The notes under the pieces were generated by a model. That model did no database searches, was not told the DNA's origin, and saw nothing but the letters and a program-made list of their open reading frames with translations. From UHGV virus genome UHGV-0219058: a stretch of 41,698 nucleotides of DNA, one strand, 5' to 3'. Both the position numbers and the translations under genes were made by a program. This DNA comes from a virus. Positions 17,288 through 25,744 of this stretch are shown piece by piece (positions within the stretch are counted from its first letter, which is position 1; each line of letters opens with the position of its first letter).

Positions 17288-18295
17288 CTACCCTTCTGCT
17301 AATACAGTTGCTTGGAACACGTTGTCCGCTTCAGGGAAGCTAGGAAGTGCAGTACCAGCTGCTTTTGTCCATGTTCCAACAGGATCAAGATTTGATTCAT
17401 AAACCATTGCAAAAATGTTTCCAACTTGATAATCATTAGTACCACCAGATAATAGCCGAGATTCTTCTGGTGTTACACCGAAAATAGATTCGCCCGGATT
17501 TTCATCACCAAACATGACAAGTTTATTTTCTGGGAAGTAACGCTCTTTGACCAACACGCCTTGAGCATTTTCTTTGTAGTACTTAGCATCGTATGTTGCG
17601 ATTACTGGCAAACCAAATTGTTGTAACAACTGATTTAATGTTCCAGCTGTTGGCAGCAATCCAGCATCTTTGAAGTAAGCTTTGATACCAGCATTTTGCA
17701 AAATAGCATTACGCACTTTGGTAGATGTTAAGATCCGAGTTGGTGTAGTATCTAATGTTCCTGCCCATGTAGTTAACAAGCCAATAACGTCGGTTGAAGA
17801 TGCAGCAAAATCAACTGTTGCTTTGTGTTCTGCTGGCACACCGTAATCAACAACTAAATCCAATCCGTTCTCATCTAGTGTTACAGTTCCGTTTGCCAAT
17901 ACTTCCATGCGCATTTTTTCAACACGTGCATTGACAGAAGAAACCATTGAAAATACATCGTTATATACTTCGTTTTCCAAGAATGCTTGTTCTTCAGCAG
18001 TACGAGGATTGCGTAATGCAATCAAATCCTTTTCTTTCAACTGAATTTTGCGTTTGATGAAAGCTAATTCTTGAGCGCTGCGAGAAGCTACACGAGATGC
18101 AATTTCTGCTTCGGTATCAAATGCATGTACGCTTGCGATCGTTGGAATACGAGTACCAGCTTTCAGAATATCAAATTCAAGTCCTTGAACCTTTCGTGCT
18201 GGGAAAAGTGTTTCACCCAACAAAGCTGGAGCTTGACGATTGTTTACATAGTCTAAGACATTACGTTGTGAAAATAATTCTGCGATATTTGCCAT
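17288..18295 (-). CDS. Major capsid protein.
   Basis: 335 aa following the scaffold gene; size and position typical of a major capsid protein. Confidence 0.75.
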   Translation of the reverse strand: MANIAELFSQRNVLDYVNNRQAPALLGETLFPARKVQGLEFDILKAGTRIPTIASVHAFDTEAEIASRVASRSAQELAFIKRKIQLKEKDLIALRNPRTAEEQAFLENEVYNDVFSMVSSVNARVEKMRMEVLANGTVTLDENGLDLVVDYGVPAEHKATVDFAASSTDVIGLLTTWAGTLDTTPTRILTSTKVRNAILQNAGIKAYFKDAGLLPTAGTLNQLLQQFGLPVIATYDAKYYKENAQGVLVKERYFPENKLVMFGDENPGESIFGVTPEESRLLSGGTNDYQVGNIFAMVYESNLDPVGTWTKAAGTALPSFPEADNVFQATVLAEG

Positions 18296-18319
18296 TTATT
18301 TTTTCCTCCTATATTCCTA

Positions 18320-18673
18320 TTACTGTCCGCCTGCTGCGGCTGGTAAAGCGATCAATTTTCCTGTTTCATCATAAAGTTTGATTTCACGCATTGCTGTTTG
18401 AGCAGCATCGCTTGGTTTAACTGGTAAACGTTCAATTAGAATGTGTCCATCAACAATTACACCAACTGGCTGTGCTCCATTAGTTACATCAACATCATTG
18501 ATCGTGATCCCTTCTGCTGTTGCATCGTTTGCAGGGAAGATAGAGCCCGCTGGCAAAATACCATTTGTAACTCCCGCATGAGTATCATCAACCTGTTTTG
18601 TGAATGAAATGAATTGTTGAGATTTTAGAAAATTGATTTCTTTGAATGTTTCTGATTTTTTTACATAAACCAT
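18320..18673 (-). CDS. Hypothetical head protein of 117 aa between scaffold and major capsid (possible decoration or Ig-like protein).
   Basis: Position only. Confidence 0.4.
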   Translation of the reverse strand: MVYVKKSETFKEINFLKSQQFISFTKQVDDTHAGVTNGILPAGSIFPANDATAEGITINDVDVTNGAQPVGVIVDGHILIERLPVKPSDAAQTAMREIKLYDETGKLIALPAAAGGQ

Positions 18674-18684
18674 TGATATTCCTC

Positions 18685-19305
18685 CTATTTAATTGCCCAA
18701 GGGTCATTCTCAGGCTTTTTCGTTTGGTTGTTTGCATTTTTTGCTAGCTGTGCACCACGAGAAATTGTTGCGCCGTTTCCATCTAAAGGAACTTTTCCGC
18801 CAAGTCGCTTTTCATATTCCGCTTTGATTGCTTCACGTTCAGCTTCAACAGATGCTAGATACGTCTTAACGTTGTTTGACGTTGTTTCAGCATCTTCTGA
18901 AACAATTAGCTGCAGCATTTCTTTCGTAGGCGTAGCGCCTTTCTCAGACAGCATTTCACTTGCTTGTTCCGACATCTTAGACAGCACATCTTTACGTTCG
19001 TATTCAGCAATTTTTGCTTCAAGTTGCTGTTTCTCGTAATCTGCTTTCTCTTTATCGTCCATTTCGGCAAGTTTGGCAGCTTCGTCTTTTTCTTGTTGTT
19101 GCTTGGCTTCCCATTTAGCAAACTTTGCTGCAATAATCTTGTCGACATCAGCGTCACTATACTTTTTATCCGCTTCTGTCTGGTCTGAACTATTCTTTTC
19201 TTTGTTGTCTGCGTTGTTATCTGATGTATTATCCGGAGTAACATCAGCAGCACCGTCTTCTGCAAAGAATTGCAAGTTCATTGGTAATAATTTTTTGACT
19301 TCCAT
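18685..19305 (-). CDS. Capsid scaffolding protein.
   Basis: Highly acidic, coiled-coil rich (AKLAEMDDKEKADYEKQQLEAKIAEYERK). The upstream ATG at 19323 would translate its own RBS (GGAGAAA), so the start is placed at 19305. Confidence 0.7.
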   Translation of the reverse strand: MEVKKLLPMNLQFFAEDGAADVTPDNTSDNNADNKEKNSSDQTEADKKYSDADVDKIIAAKFAKWEAKQQQEKDEAAKLAEMDDKEKADYEKQQLEAKIAEYERKDVLSKMSEQASEMLSEKGATPTKEMLQLIVSEDAETTSNNVKTYLASVEAEREAIKAEYEKRLGGKVPLDGNGATISRGAQLAKNANNQTKKPENDPWAIK

Positions 19306-19407
19306 ATTTGTTTCTCCTTCCATATCTTTTAACGTGGATAAATGCTTGCACTTTCCATAGCTTTTAAAGTCATCAATGCTTGGACAAAATAAAAAGCGAC
19401 CATTTGA

Positions 19408-19548
19408 TCACTTTAGTTTTTTACACTTAACACACTCTTCATAAAAACCGCCTTGCAAGTCTCTTCGGTAAACGTATTTATAATCATGCTTGCACAATAA
19501 ATGCTGCCTGATATTTCTTGATAGAAATTGCCTAAAATCTCCCAGCAT
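19408..19548 (-). CDS. Small 46-aa zinc-ribbon-like protein (C-x-H ... C-x2-C); hypothetical. Not in the ORF track because it is under 60 aa.
   Basis: RBS GAGGTGA 7 nt before the ATG. Translation MLGDFRQFLSRNIRQHLLCKHDYKYVYRRDLQGGFYEECVKCKKLK checked by hand. Confidence 0.35.
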   Translation of the reverse strand: MLGDFRQFLSRNIRQHLLCKHDYKYVYRRDLQGGFYEECVKCKKLK

Positions 19549-19604
19549 ATTAATCACCTCTCGGTCAAAATAAAAAGCCGTTAGCGAATGGGCTAGCGAC
19601 CTAT

Positions 19605-20018
19605 TTAATCAGTTTCAATATGTTTGTATAATTGATTTCCTATACCGAAATTTCTAATTTCAAAACCTTCTCGTTGCAAAAACCTTTTGTATATCCTCGC
19701 TCTGCGATTGTCTTCCCAATGGACTTGGATATAAGTAGGGAGAGGGTTGCTTAATGAATGTTTGGCGTATTCCTCAAATTCCCTAATCTTTCTTACAGCC
19801 CACACAAAAGGATAGATGCCGTCTTTACCTGTCTGATGCAAAGTATTATCACTAATCTGCTTACGCTTGTGATACACATTCAGGTAAACATTCGCTACCG
19901 CTATATTGTATAACTCGTAAAGGCAAAATTCGATTTGCACCGTCATGCCACTTGGTAACCGCTCTTTGGCCATGATAATAATGTCGCCATCTTCGTCCTT
20001 GAAATCAGTGAATGTCAT
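19605..20018 (-). CDS. GNAT-like acetyltransferase-fold protein of about 137 aa embedded in the head morphogenesis module.
   Basis: C-terminal ...TGKDGIYPFVWAV...RRARIYKRFLQREGFEI resembles GNAT motifs A/B. ORF-track start 20228 overlaps the upstream gene by 205 nt; trimmed to the ATG at 20018. Confidence 0.4.
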   Translation of the reverse strand: MTFTDFKDEDGDIIIMAKERLPSGMTVQIEFCLYELYNIAVANVYLNVYHKRKQISDNTLHQTGKDGIYPFVWAVRKIREFEEYAKHSLSNPLPTYIQVHWEDNRRARIYKRFLQREGFEIRNFGIGNQLYKHIETD

Positions 20019-20022
20019 AAAA

Positions 20023-20976
20023 TCAAAGCCCCCTTTCTTTAAGCGACTTCTCAAATGCATCACGATCAACATAAGGTGCCGTACTACATCTGCAAAACGG
20101 ATGCATATTTGGCGCATTTGTTCCTGGTTCCATTTCATCAACATCAAATACTTTTCCATTAAGCGGTAAACACAGACGACACGCTGAAGGCTCTGAAATG
20201 AATGTGTACTTTGTAATATCAGCATCACGATAACTTCGCTCTTGGATCCCCGTCTGCACCCTTGTAGTTTCCGTTACCATCAACCGTTGCGCATTAAACT
20301 TAGCATTCTCCTTACCTTCTTGAGTGAGGTATTTAGCCAGTTCTGGCGCTAATTGTTTAGGATTACGCCCCATCGTCACACTACGTACAAGCAACTTATC
20401 TAAATCTGCTTTCAGCTCTGCTTGATACATCCAGAGCCGTTCGCTGAATGTTGCAAATCCATCCGCTCGAAACGAGCTGTTGATCACTTGCTCCACTAAT
20501 TTGGCATAATCACTTTTAGCGATTGTCATTTCTAAGATGCCTGCTTGTCGTTGCAGTTCTTTTAATCCGGCGGAAGTCAGTTCGCTCGAAAAGTATTTAT
20601 CCATTTCATCGAACGTGGCAATTAGTTCTAAACCGACGTTAGCTTTCAGCAATTCCAAGCGATTGACACGCATCGTAAGGTTGTATAGCTTCAATTCCTT
20701 GTTTGCTGTAGGTGAGAAGTCTTTCTCTTTAACATACTTCTTAGCCTTGCGAGCAAATGCTTTTACATCCATCTCGCTAGCACGCTTCATCGCTTCGCTA
20801 CGAGATATTTTCTGCCCATTTGAAAAACTATCCCACTGTGCATCTATCTCTTTCTGTATCGCATCCTGTGCGTACTGCAGACGCTTCTTGATTTCGTTCA
20901 TGCGTTTCTTGTCATCTTTAATCTGTTGCTCTTGCCAAGCTTTTTCCCGCTTGATGAAGTAATCTTGTGATTTCAC
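20023..20976 (-). CDS. Head morphogenesis protein (SPP1 gp7 / Mu F-like minor head protein).
   Basis: C-terminal CRLCLPLNGKVF...HPFCRCS motif typical of the Mu F / gp7 family. Position after the portal. Confidence 0.7.
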   Translation of the reverse strand: MKSQDYFIKREKAWQEQQIKDDKKRMNEIKKRLQYAQDAIQKEIDAQWDSFSNGQKISRSEAMKRASEMDVKAFARKAKKYVKEKDFSPTANKELKLYNLTMRVNRLELLKANVGLELIATFDEMDKYFSSELTSAGLKELQRQAGILEMTIAKSDYAKLVEQVINSSFRADGFATFSERLWMYQAELKADLDKLLVRSVTMGRNPKQLAPELAKYLTQEGKENAKFNAQRLMVTETTRVQTGIQERSYRDADITKYTFISEPSACRLCLPLNGKVFDVDEMEPGTNAPNMHPFCRCSTAPYVDRDAFEKSLKERGL

Positions 20977-21004
20977 TTAATCACTCCTTTTAATTCCAGA
21001 ATGG

Positions 21005-21220
21005 TTAAAACTCCGTTGCAATATTAACGTCACGATCTAAATATCCGAGGTTCGATAAAATTTGCTCAAGAACTTCTGCTTTGCCTTTTGTTGCCAACAA
21101 GTCTTTATATTCATTTTTGCTTATGGTAATTTTTTCTTCTTCGGCAAAAGTTATGAAACTTGCGTTTTTCAACGCATTAATTACCTCTTCTGTTACTGGT
21201 TCGTTTTGATTAAACTCCAT
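21005..21220 (-). CDS. Hypothetical protein of 71 aa.
   Basis: ORF between the portal-proximal gene and the morphogenesis gene. Confidence 0.4.
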   Translation of the reverse strand: MEFNQNEPVTEEVINALKNASFITFAEEEKITISKNEYKDLLATKGKAEVLEQILSNLGYLDRDVNIATEF

Positions 21221-21232
21221 GATGCTACCTCC

Positions 21233-21463
21233 CTACCAAGAAAATCTGACTAACTCAATTTTTGCATCAATCGTATGTTTGTCCTCGTAATCTTCAACGG
21301 TAAAGCCGCCATTTTGAAACTCTTTGCGGATATCATCTGTAATTACGTCTTTGCCATACAGGACTTCTTTTTTGCCAATCTTCATCGCTTCAGCGATAGC
21401 TTCTTTGATCTTTTCGCTATCCGTTTTCTGATACTCGTTCATCATCTGTTGTTTGAGATTCAT
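21233..21463 (-). CDS. Hypothetical protein of about 76 aa overlapping the 3' end of the portal gene.
   Basis: Start chosen at the ATG 8 nt after RBS GGAGGT (MNLKQQMM...). The ORF-track TTG-type start lies further upstream inside the portal gene. Confidence 0.4.
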   Translation of the reverse strand: MNLKQQMMNEYQKTDSEKIKEAIAEAMKIGKKEVLYGKDVITDDIRKEFQNGGFTVEDYEDKHTIDAKIELVRFSW

Positions 21464-23057
21464 CTTCTTCAACCTCCGTGTCAGTATCTTTGTCACTATC
21501 AAACACACCAGAACCAGATTGTTTCTTCAATCGCTTAAGCTCTTCTTCAAACGGAACGCCAGTTAATCGTTCAGCCATTTCACACAATGTTTGATCTGAT
21601 ACGATGCCGACCATTCCAGCGATTACGCTCATGATTTCTTCGTCAGATTGCGGTACGTTTGGCGTAAATTGAATTTGGATCTCGTTTACTTTGTTGTATA
21701 GCTGCTCTTGTTGCTTTTCATCCGAAACAAAAAAGGCTTTGACTGTATCAATCAAGCCTTGTGGTTTATTCAATTCATCTTTAATGCTCCAAGAGTGTGT
21801 AAGCAACCGCAGACGGCGCATGATAGCTTTCTTGACCATTCGTTCCTTGTTCTTACGATCGTTGTCTGAACCCCAACCTTTGAAACGGAATCCGATGCCT
21901 GATTGGTTAGACCCAATGTTCTCGTCAGTAAAATCAATAAGAGATGTGAAGCGTAAGATATCAGCAACTGTCCGGCTGTCGTTAGATTCCATTCCGGCAA
22001 CGTCATACTCTTTTTTCAAATAGAAAGCATCTGGTTCGGCACCCGCTATATTGCCGTCGTAGATCTTCTTATCGCCTAATACGAGCATTCTAGCTTGCAT
22101 CATAGCCTGAAGTACTTCAATCGGGCTATTCTTTCCTGTTGGATCTACTGCCGTATCAGGATTACCTTTAATCACCAAGTAGGCTTCCGATGAATCTTGT
22201 TGGAAGTTAGCCATTTCTGAGCGTGAAAGGTCGTATGCATCGATTGAATCAAGCACACGCTCAAAGTCACTTAAACGCTCTTCGTTGTTGATCCATTCGT
22301 TAACTTGAACCGAATCAAAATAACTTTCAACAATATCCTCATTTGGATCTTCAATTCTTGCATTCTCTAAATCATCATTTTCTGCTACAAGATAATAATT
22401 AAAGCCGCTGTTTGTGTATAGCTCAACTCGTGTCCATGACTTATCCAAGAACTCTTCTTTGTAATAGTGGACACCACATACTGAATTACGATCTTTGGTA
22501 TTGTCGTAGATAACAAATGTTTGCTCTGCATCAAACTTCGCTAATGTCTCTTTGCCATATTCATCACGGCCAATCCATTCATATGCTCTACCTAACCCGA
22601 ACGTATCACGCCCCATTAGTTGATTGTGATAGTCTTCGTTAGATTGGCTTGCAAATGTATTGATGCGTTCTGCAATTGTCTTCTCGCCGCTATACTTCAA
22701 CGGATTTCCAAGCAGGACTCCTAACTTAAACGAAACAACAAAGTTTGCAAAGTCGCTTGCGATGCGGTTATCCGCTCTGCCATCAGGTTTGCTTGGTCGA
22801 TATTTGATGTTATTGTCTGCCAACATGTATCGTTTAAGTTGCTTTAATCGGGGAACTTGCTTCGTCTGGTGATGTCGGATAAATCCAACAATCATCTTCC
22901 ACACATCTTCATGTTCGAAATCAATTAGGTGCTCAATTGTGTTAGTGCGTTGATTTAGCATCTCTCTTTTTGGCAACTGTCCTACCGGCACCTTATAAAC
23001 AAGGTTCGCTTCTTCATCAAACCTCTTGCCACTTAATAGCTGAACATTCTGTTCCAC
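21417..23057 (-). CDS. Portal protein.
   Basis: 546 aa immediately downstream of the terminase large subunit. Acidic C-terminal tail. Confidence 0.8.
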   Translation of the reverse strand: MEQNVQLLSGKRFDEEANLVYKVPVGQLPKREMLNQRTNTIEHLIDFEHEDVWKMIVGFIRHHQTKQVPRLKQLKRYMLADNNIKYRPSKPDGRADNRIASDFANFVVSFKLGVLLGNPLKYSGEKTIAERINTFASQSNEDYHNQLMGRDTFGLGRAYEWIGRDEYGKETLAKFDAEQTFVIYDNTKDRNSVCGVHYYKEEFLDKSWTRVELYTNSGFNYYLVAENDDLENARIEDPNEDIVESYFDSVQVNEWINNEERLSDFERVLDSIDAYDLSRSEMANFQQDSSEAYLVIKGNPDTAVDPTGKNSPIEVLQAMMQARMLVLGDKKIYDGNIAGAEPDAFYLKKEYDVAGMESNDSRTVADILRFTSLIDFTDENIGSNQSGIGFRFKGWGSDNDRKNKERMVKKAIMRRLRLLTHSWSIKDELNKPQGLIDTVKAFFVSDEKQQEQLYNKVNEIQIQFTPNVPQSDEEIMSVIAGMVGIVSDQTLCEMAERLTGVPFEEELKRLKKQSGSGVFDSDKDTDTEVEEDESQTTDDERVSENG

Positions 23058-23067
23058 TGTATCACCT

Positions 23068-24480
23068 CTACAATCCTAGTTTTTTGAATGTGTCGATCGT
23101 CTTCATGACATCTATTTTTTCTGTTGTGTTCATGCTCATTGTTTCGGCGATGCCTGTTGTAGCATCTGGCGCATCATCATGCTTATTCTTTCCTTCTCGC
23201 TGGTATGTAGTCATTGCCTTGTAGTAATCAGGAAACCTTGTTCTCCAGTCACTAGGCATTCGTACATATTGTTCAACCCAATGGCTATTCGAATATATCC
23301 TCGCTTCTTTATTGGCGCTTTGAAAGAAATCAGATATTGCAGCTGCGCATTTCCCTTTTACTTTTTCTCTTACGGAACGAGCAAAAGACCGACCGCCGTT
23401 GTTGCGCTCGATACGTGATGTATTCACTTTGAAGTTAATCAATTGATTCGCAACTGCGCTCTCCGTGTATTCCATTGGCTGTTGCGTATAGATGACATCT
23501 AAAACATCTTGATAGCCTTCTAGCGTTTCTCCCCAAACGATCGAACAGAGGTAGTCCTTACCAGTATCGGCAGTATCACAATAATGCCAAATCTTCTTAT
23601 AGCTAGATCTGTTACTATAAGTCTTGAACTCACCGTACAGTCTCCCTTTAATATCGATAGGCTCTTGTTGGTAGTTGGCACTAGCGATGTCAGCGCCCAT
23701 TGTTTTAACTTTACGTTGATAGTCCTCATAGGAAAGGACATCTTCACAAAGCATCCGATCGTTCTTTTCATCATATGCTTGAAAGTTAATATGCTTAACC
23801 TTATATCCGCTAAGAGGCAGCTCTTTCAACACTCTGCCTGCCAAATCATTGCTATGCCATCTAGTCATGTTGATGATGATCTTACCATTGCTTTCCAAGC
23901 GGGATAGCATAGTGTTTACAAACCATTCCCAATGCTTATCCAAAACTGCAGCGTTGTTTGCTTCATCTGCATTCTTGATTACGTCGTCAATGATGATAAT
24001 ATCTGCACCAAAACCAGTAGCTGTACCAGTAGGCGATGTAGCCAGGTAGTTATTATAGCCATCTTCCAAACTCCAAAGATTCATTGCGCCATCACCATAT
24101 TTGATTTTTGCATCGAATATATCGGCGTACACTATCATATCTTTGTCGGCTTTTATCTCTTGGATCGTGTTTCTCACATTCTTGGAAAATACAGTTGATA
24201 GAGTCTCGTTATATGAACCAGTCATAATCTTCTTGCTGTGATCATTTCCTAATACCCATTCCACAAACCTTCCAAGCGTTAATGACTTGCCGTGTCTTGG
24301 CGGCATATTAAGCACCAGAACATCATGCTCATTATCATTAAGGAATGACTGAAACTCTCCGCAAACTGAAACAAGGTAATCTCTATCTGATTTATAAAAC
24401 GATGGCATAATCAAGTGACAATAATCGAAGAAATATCGCTTTGCTAACTCAATCTTGGCGCCTAGAGCAATTTTATCCAT
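23068..24480 (-). CDS. terL: Terminase large subunit.
   Basis: Walker A-like LNMPPRHGKSLT near the N-terminus, followed by nuclease-domain acidic motifs. Start taken at ATG 24480 (MDKIALGAK...), overlapping the terS stop by 8 nt. An alternative TTG start at 24525 carries a GGTGAG RBS. Confidence 0.8.
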   Translation of the reverse strand: MDKIALGAKIELAKRYFFDYCHLIMPSFYKSDRDYLVSVCGEFQSFLNDNEHDVLVLNMPPRHGKSLTLGRFVEWVLGNDHSKKIMTGSYNETLSTVFSKNVRNTIQEIKADKDMIVYADIFDAKIKYGDGAMNLWSLEDGYNNYLATSPTGTATGFGADIIIIDDVIKNADEANNAAVLDKHWEWFVNTMLSRLESNGKIIINMTRWHSNDLAGRVLKELPLSGYKVKHINFQAYDEKNDRMLCEDVLSYEDYQRKVKTMGADIASANYQQEPIDIKGRLYGEFKTYSNRSSYKKIWHYCDTADTGKDYLCSIVWGETLEGYQDVLDVIYTQQPMEYTESAVANQLINFKVNTSRIERNNGGRSFARSVREKVKGKCAAAISDFFQSANKEARIYSNSHWVEQYVRMPSDWRTRFPDYYKAMTTYQREGKNKHDDAPDATTGIAETMSMNTTEKIDVMKTIDTFKKLGL

Positions 24481-24934
24481 CCCGACTCGCCAACTTCCGC
24501 AATTCCTCTTCGGAAAGATTAGCAAAAGGATTGCTCACCGTCATGTTGCCAGATACCTCGGTTTCTTTTTTATCACGCCATTCATCTGGTTTACGATTCT
24601 TCAACCAGAATATTTGAGCAGTAGTGTCTGGCGCTTGCTGTTTAGTGATAACTTTTGTCACTCTCATGCCATCTTCGGTCAGCTCTTGGGTAGTTTCTTT
24701 GAATTCGTATCCTAACGCTCGTTTAAGCAACGCATTCTCGACCTGCCGATCAACTACTTCTTTTCCTCTTTTTAAGGACTCCGATAACACCGAGTATTTC
24801 TTTTTCCACTCATGAAGAGTTGACTCTGCAATATTCATGTTATGCGCTACTTGTTTGTCGGTAAGGCCATCACGAGCCCAACCTTCGATTTTCAATAACC
24901 CTTCTTCAGTTAGCCACTCTGTGTATTTTGCCAT
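24473..24934 (-). CDS. terS: Terminase small subunit.
   Basis: 153 aa with an N-terminal HTH-like region (LTDKQVAHNMNIAESTLHEWKKKY), directly upstream of terL. Confidence 0.7.
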   Translation of the reverse strand: MAKYTEWLTEEGLLKIEGWARDGLTDKQVAHNMNIAESTLHEWKKKYSVLSESLKRGKEVVDRQVENALLKRALGYEFKETTQELTEDGMRVTKVITKQQAPDTTAQIFWLKNRKPDEWRDKKETEVSGNMTVSNPFANLSEEELRKLASRDG

Positions 24935-24949
24935 GACCTCACCTTCTTT

Positions 24950-25264
24950 CTAAAAGTTCTTCTTAACTAGCGTTGCTCCCTCTCGCTCATACTGTTTAAT
25001 GAACTCCTCAACGTTTGTTTTCGTACGGGATACAACTGAAATAACTAACCGGCATGTTGCCAATATTTGGCTATATACGATTTCCACATTAACATAGTTC
25101 CCACTCCACACAGGTTTAATCTCATTACTGATCATCTTACCCTCTTTATCCAGAATAGGGTTCTCTGTAAAGTATCTATCGTTCTCTCCCTCAATCGCCT
25201 TCTTGTACGCTTCAGCGAATTCAGGTTCTACATCAACCGTTAATAATGCTTCATAGAATTTCAT
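24950..25264 (-). CDS. Hypothetical protein of 104 aa; accessory island upstream of terS.
   Basis: Coupled ORF, no recognisable motif. Confidence 0.45.
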   Translation of the reverse strand: MKFYEALLTVDVEPEFAEAYKKAIEGENDRYFTENPILDKEGKMISNEIKPVWSGNYVNVEIVYSQILATCRLVISVVSRTKTNVEEFIKQYEREGATLVKKNF

Positions 25265-25539
25265 ATGCGAGCATCTCCTGACTCAGCAAGAATACGGCCG
25301 ACAATTTCTTTGCCATTAATAGCCATGTTTAGTTCAGATGCTTTAATTCTCCCTGTGTGAATATGATAGTCTTTGTTGTCGACTTCTTCAGGATAAACCA
25401 ACTCTATAGCAATTCTCTTAGAGCCATCTGGACGCTTAGTCACATCCAAATTCACTGATTCTAATTTACTTGCATCTGCATGTTTGAGAATCCCCATGCC
25501 CATATTAAGTAACTCTTCATTCTCTTTGCTCACATCCAT
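25261..25539 (-). CDS. Hypothetical protein of 92 aa; accessory island.
   Basis: 4-bp overlap with the downstream gene. Confidence 0.45.
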   Translation of the reverse strand: MDVSKENEELLNMGMGILKHADASKLESVNLDVTKRPDGSKRIAIELVYPEEVDNKDYHIHTGRIKASELNMAINGKEIVGRILAESGDARI

Positions 25540-25744
25540 ACCTCCTTAACCTCTCAACAATATGCGGATCACTCTTCCAACCACGCCCAACATAAATCAA
25601 CCTATGCCGATCGATATACTCGTCACTAAACTGGTCAAAGCATTCAAGCAATGTGTGCTTTGGTTTGAGTTGTGCTTGTCGGATGTTCTTATGCCTTAGT
25701 ATTCCTATTGATAGTTGGATGTAATAGTAATGCATATCAGTCAC
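25517..25744 (-). CDS. Hypothetical protein of 75 aa; accessory island.
   Basis: ATGA-type overlap with the upstream metallophosphoesterase gene. Confidence 0.45.
   Translation of the reverse strand: MTDMHYYYIQLSIGILRHKNIRQAQLKPKHTLLECFDQFSDEYIDRHRLIYVGRGWKSDPHIVERLRRYGCEQRE

Noticed and set aside
19605-20228. 207-aa form of the GNAT-like ORF.
   Set aside because: The N-terminal 70 codons overlap the gp7-like gene by 205 nt and translate as junk. Trimmed to the internal ATG at 20018.
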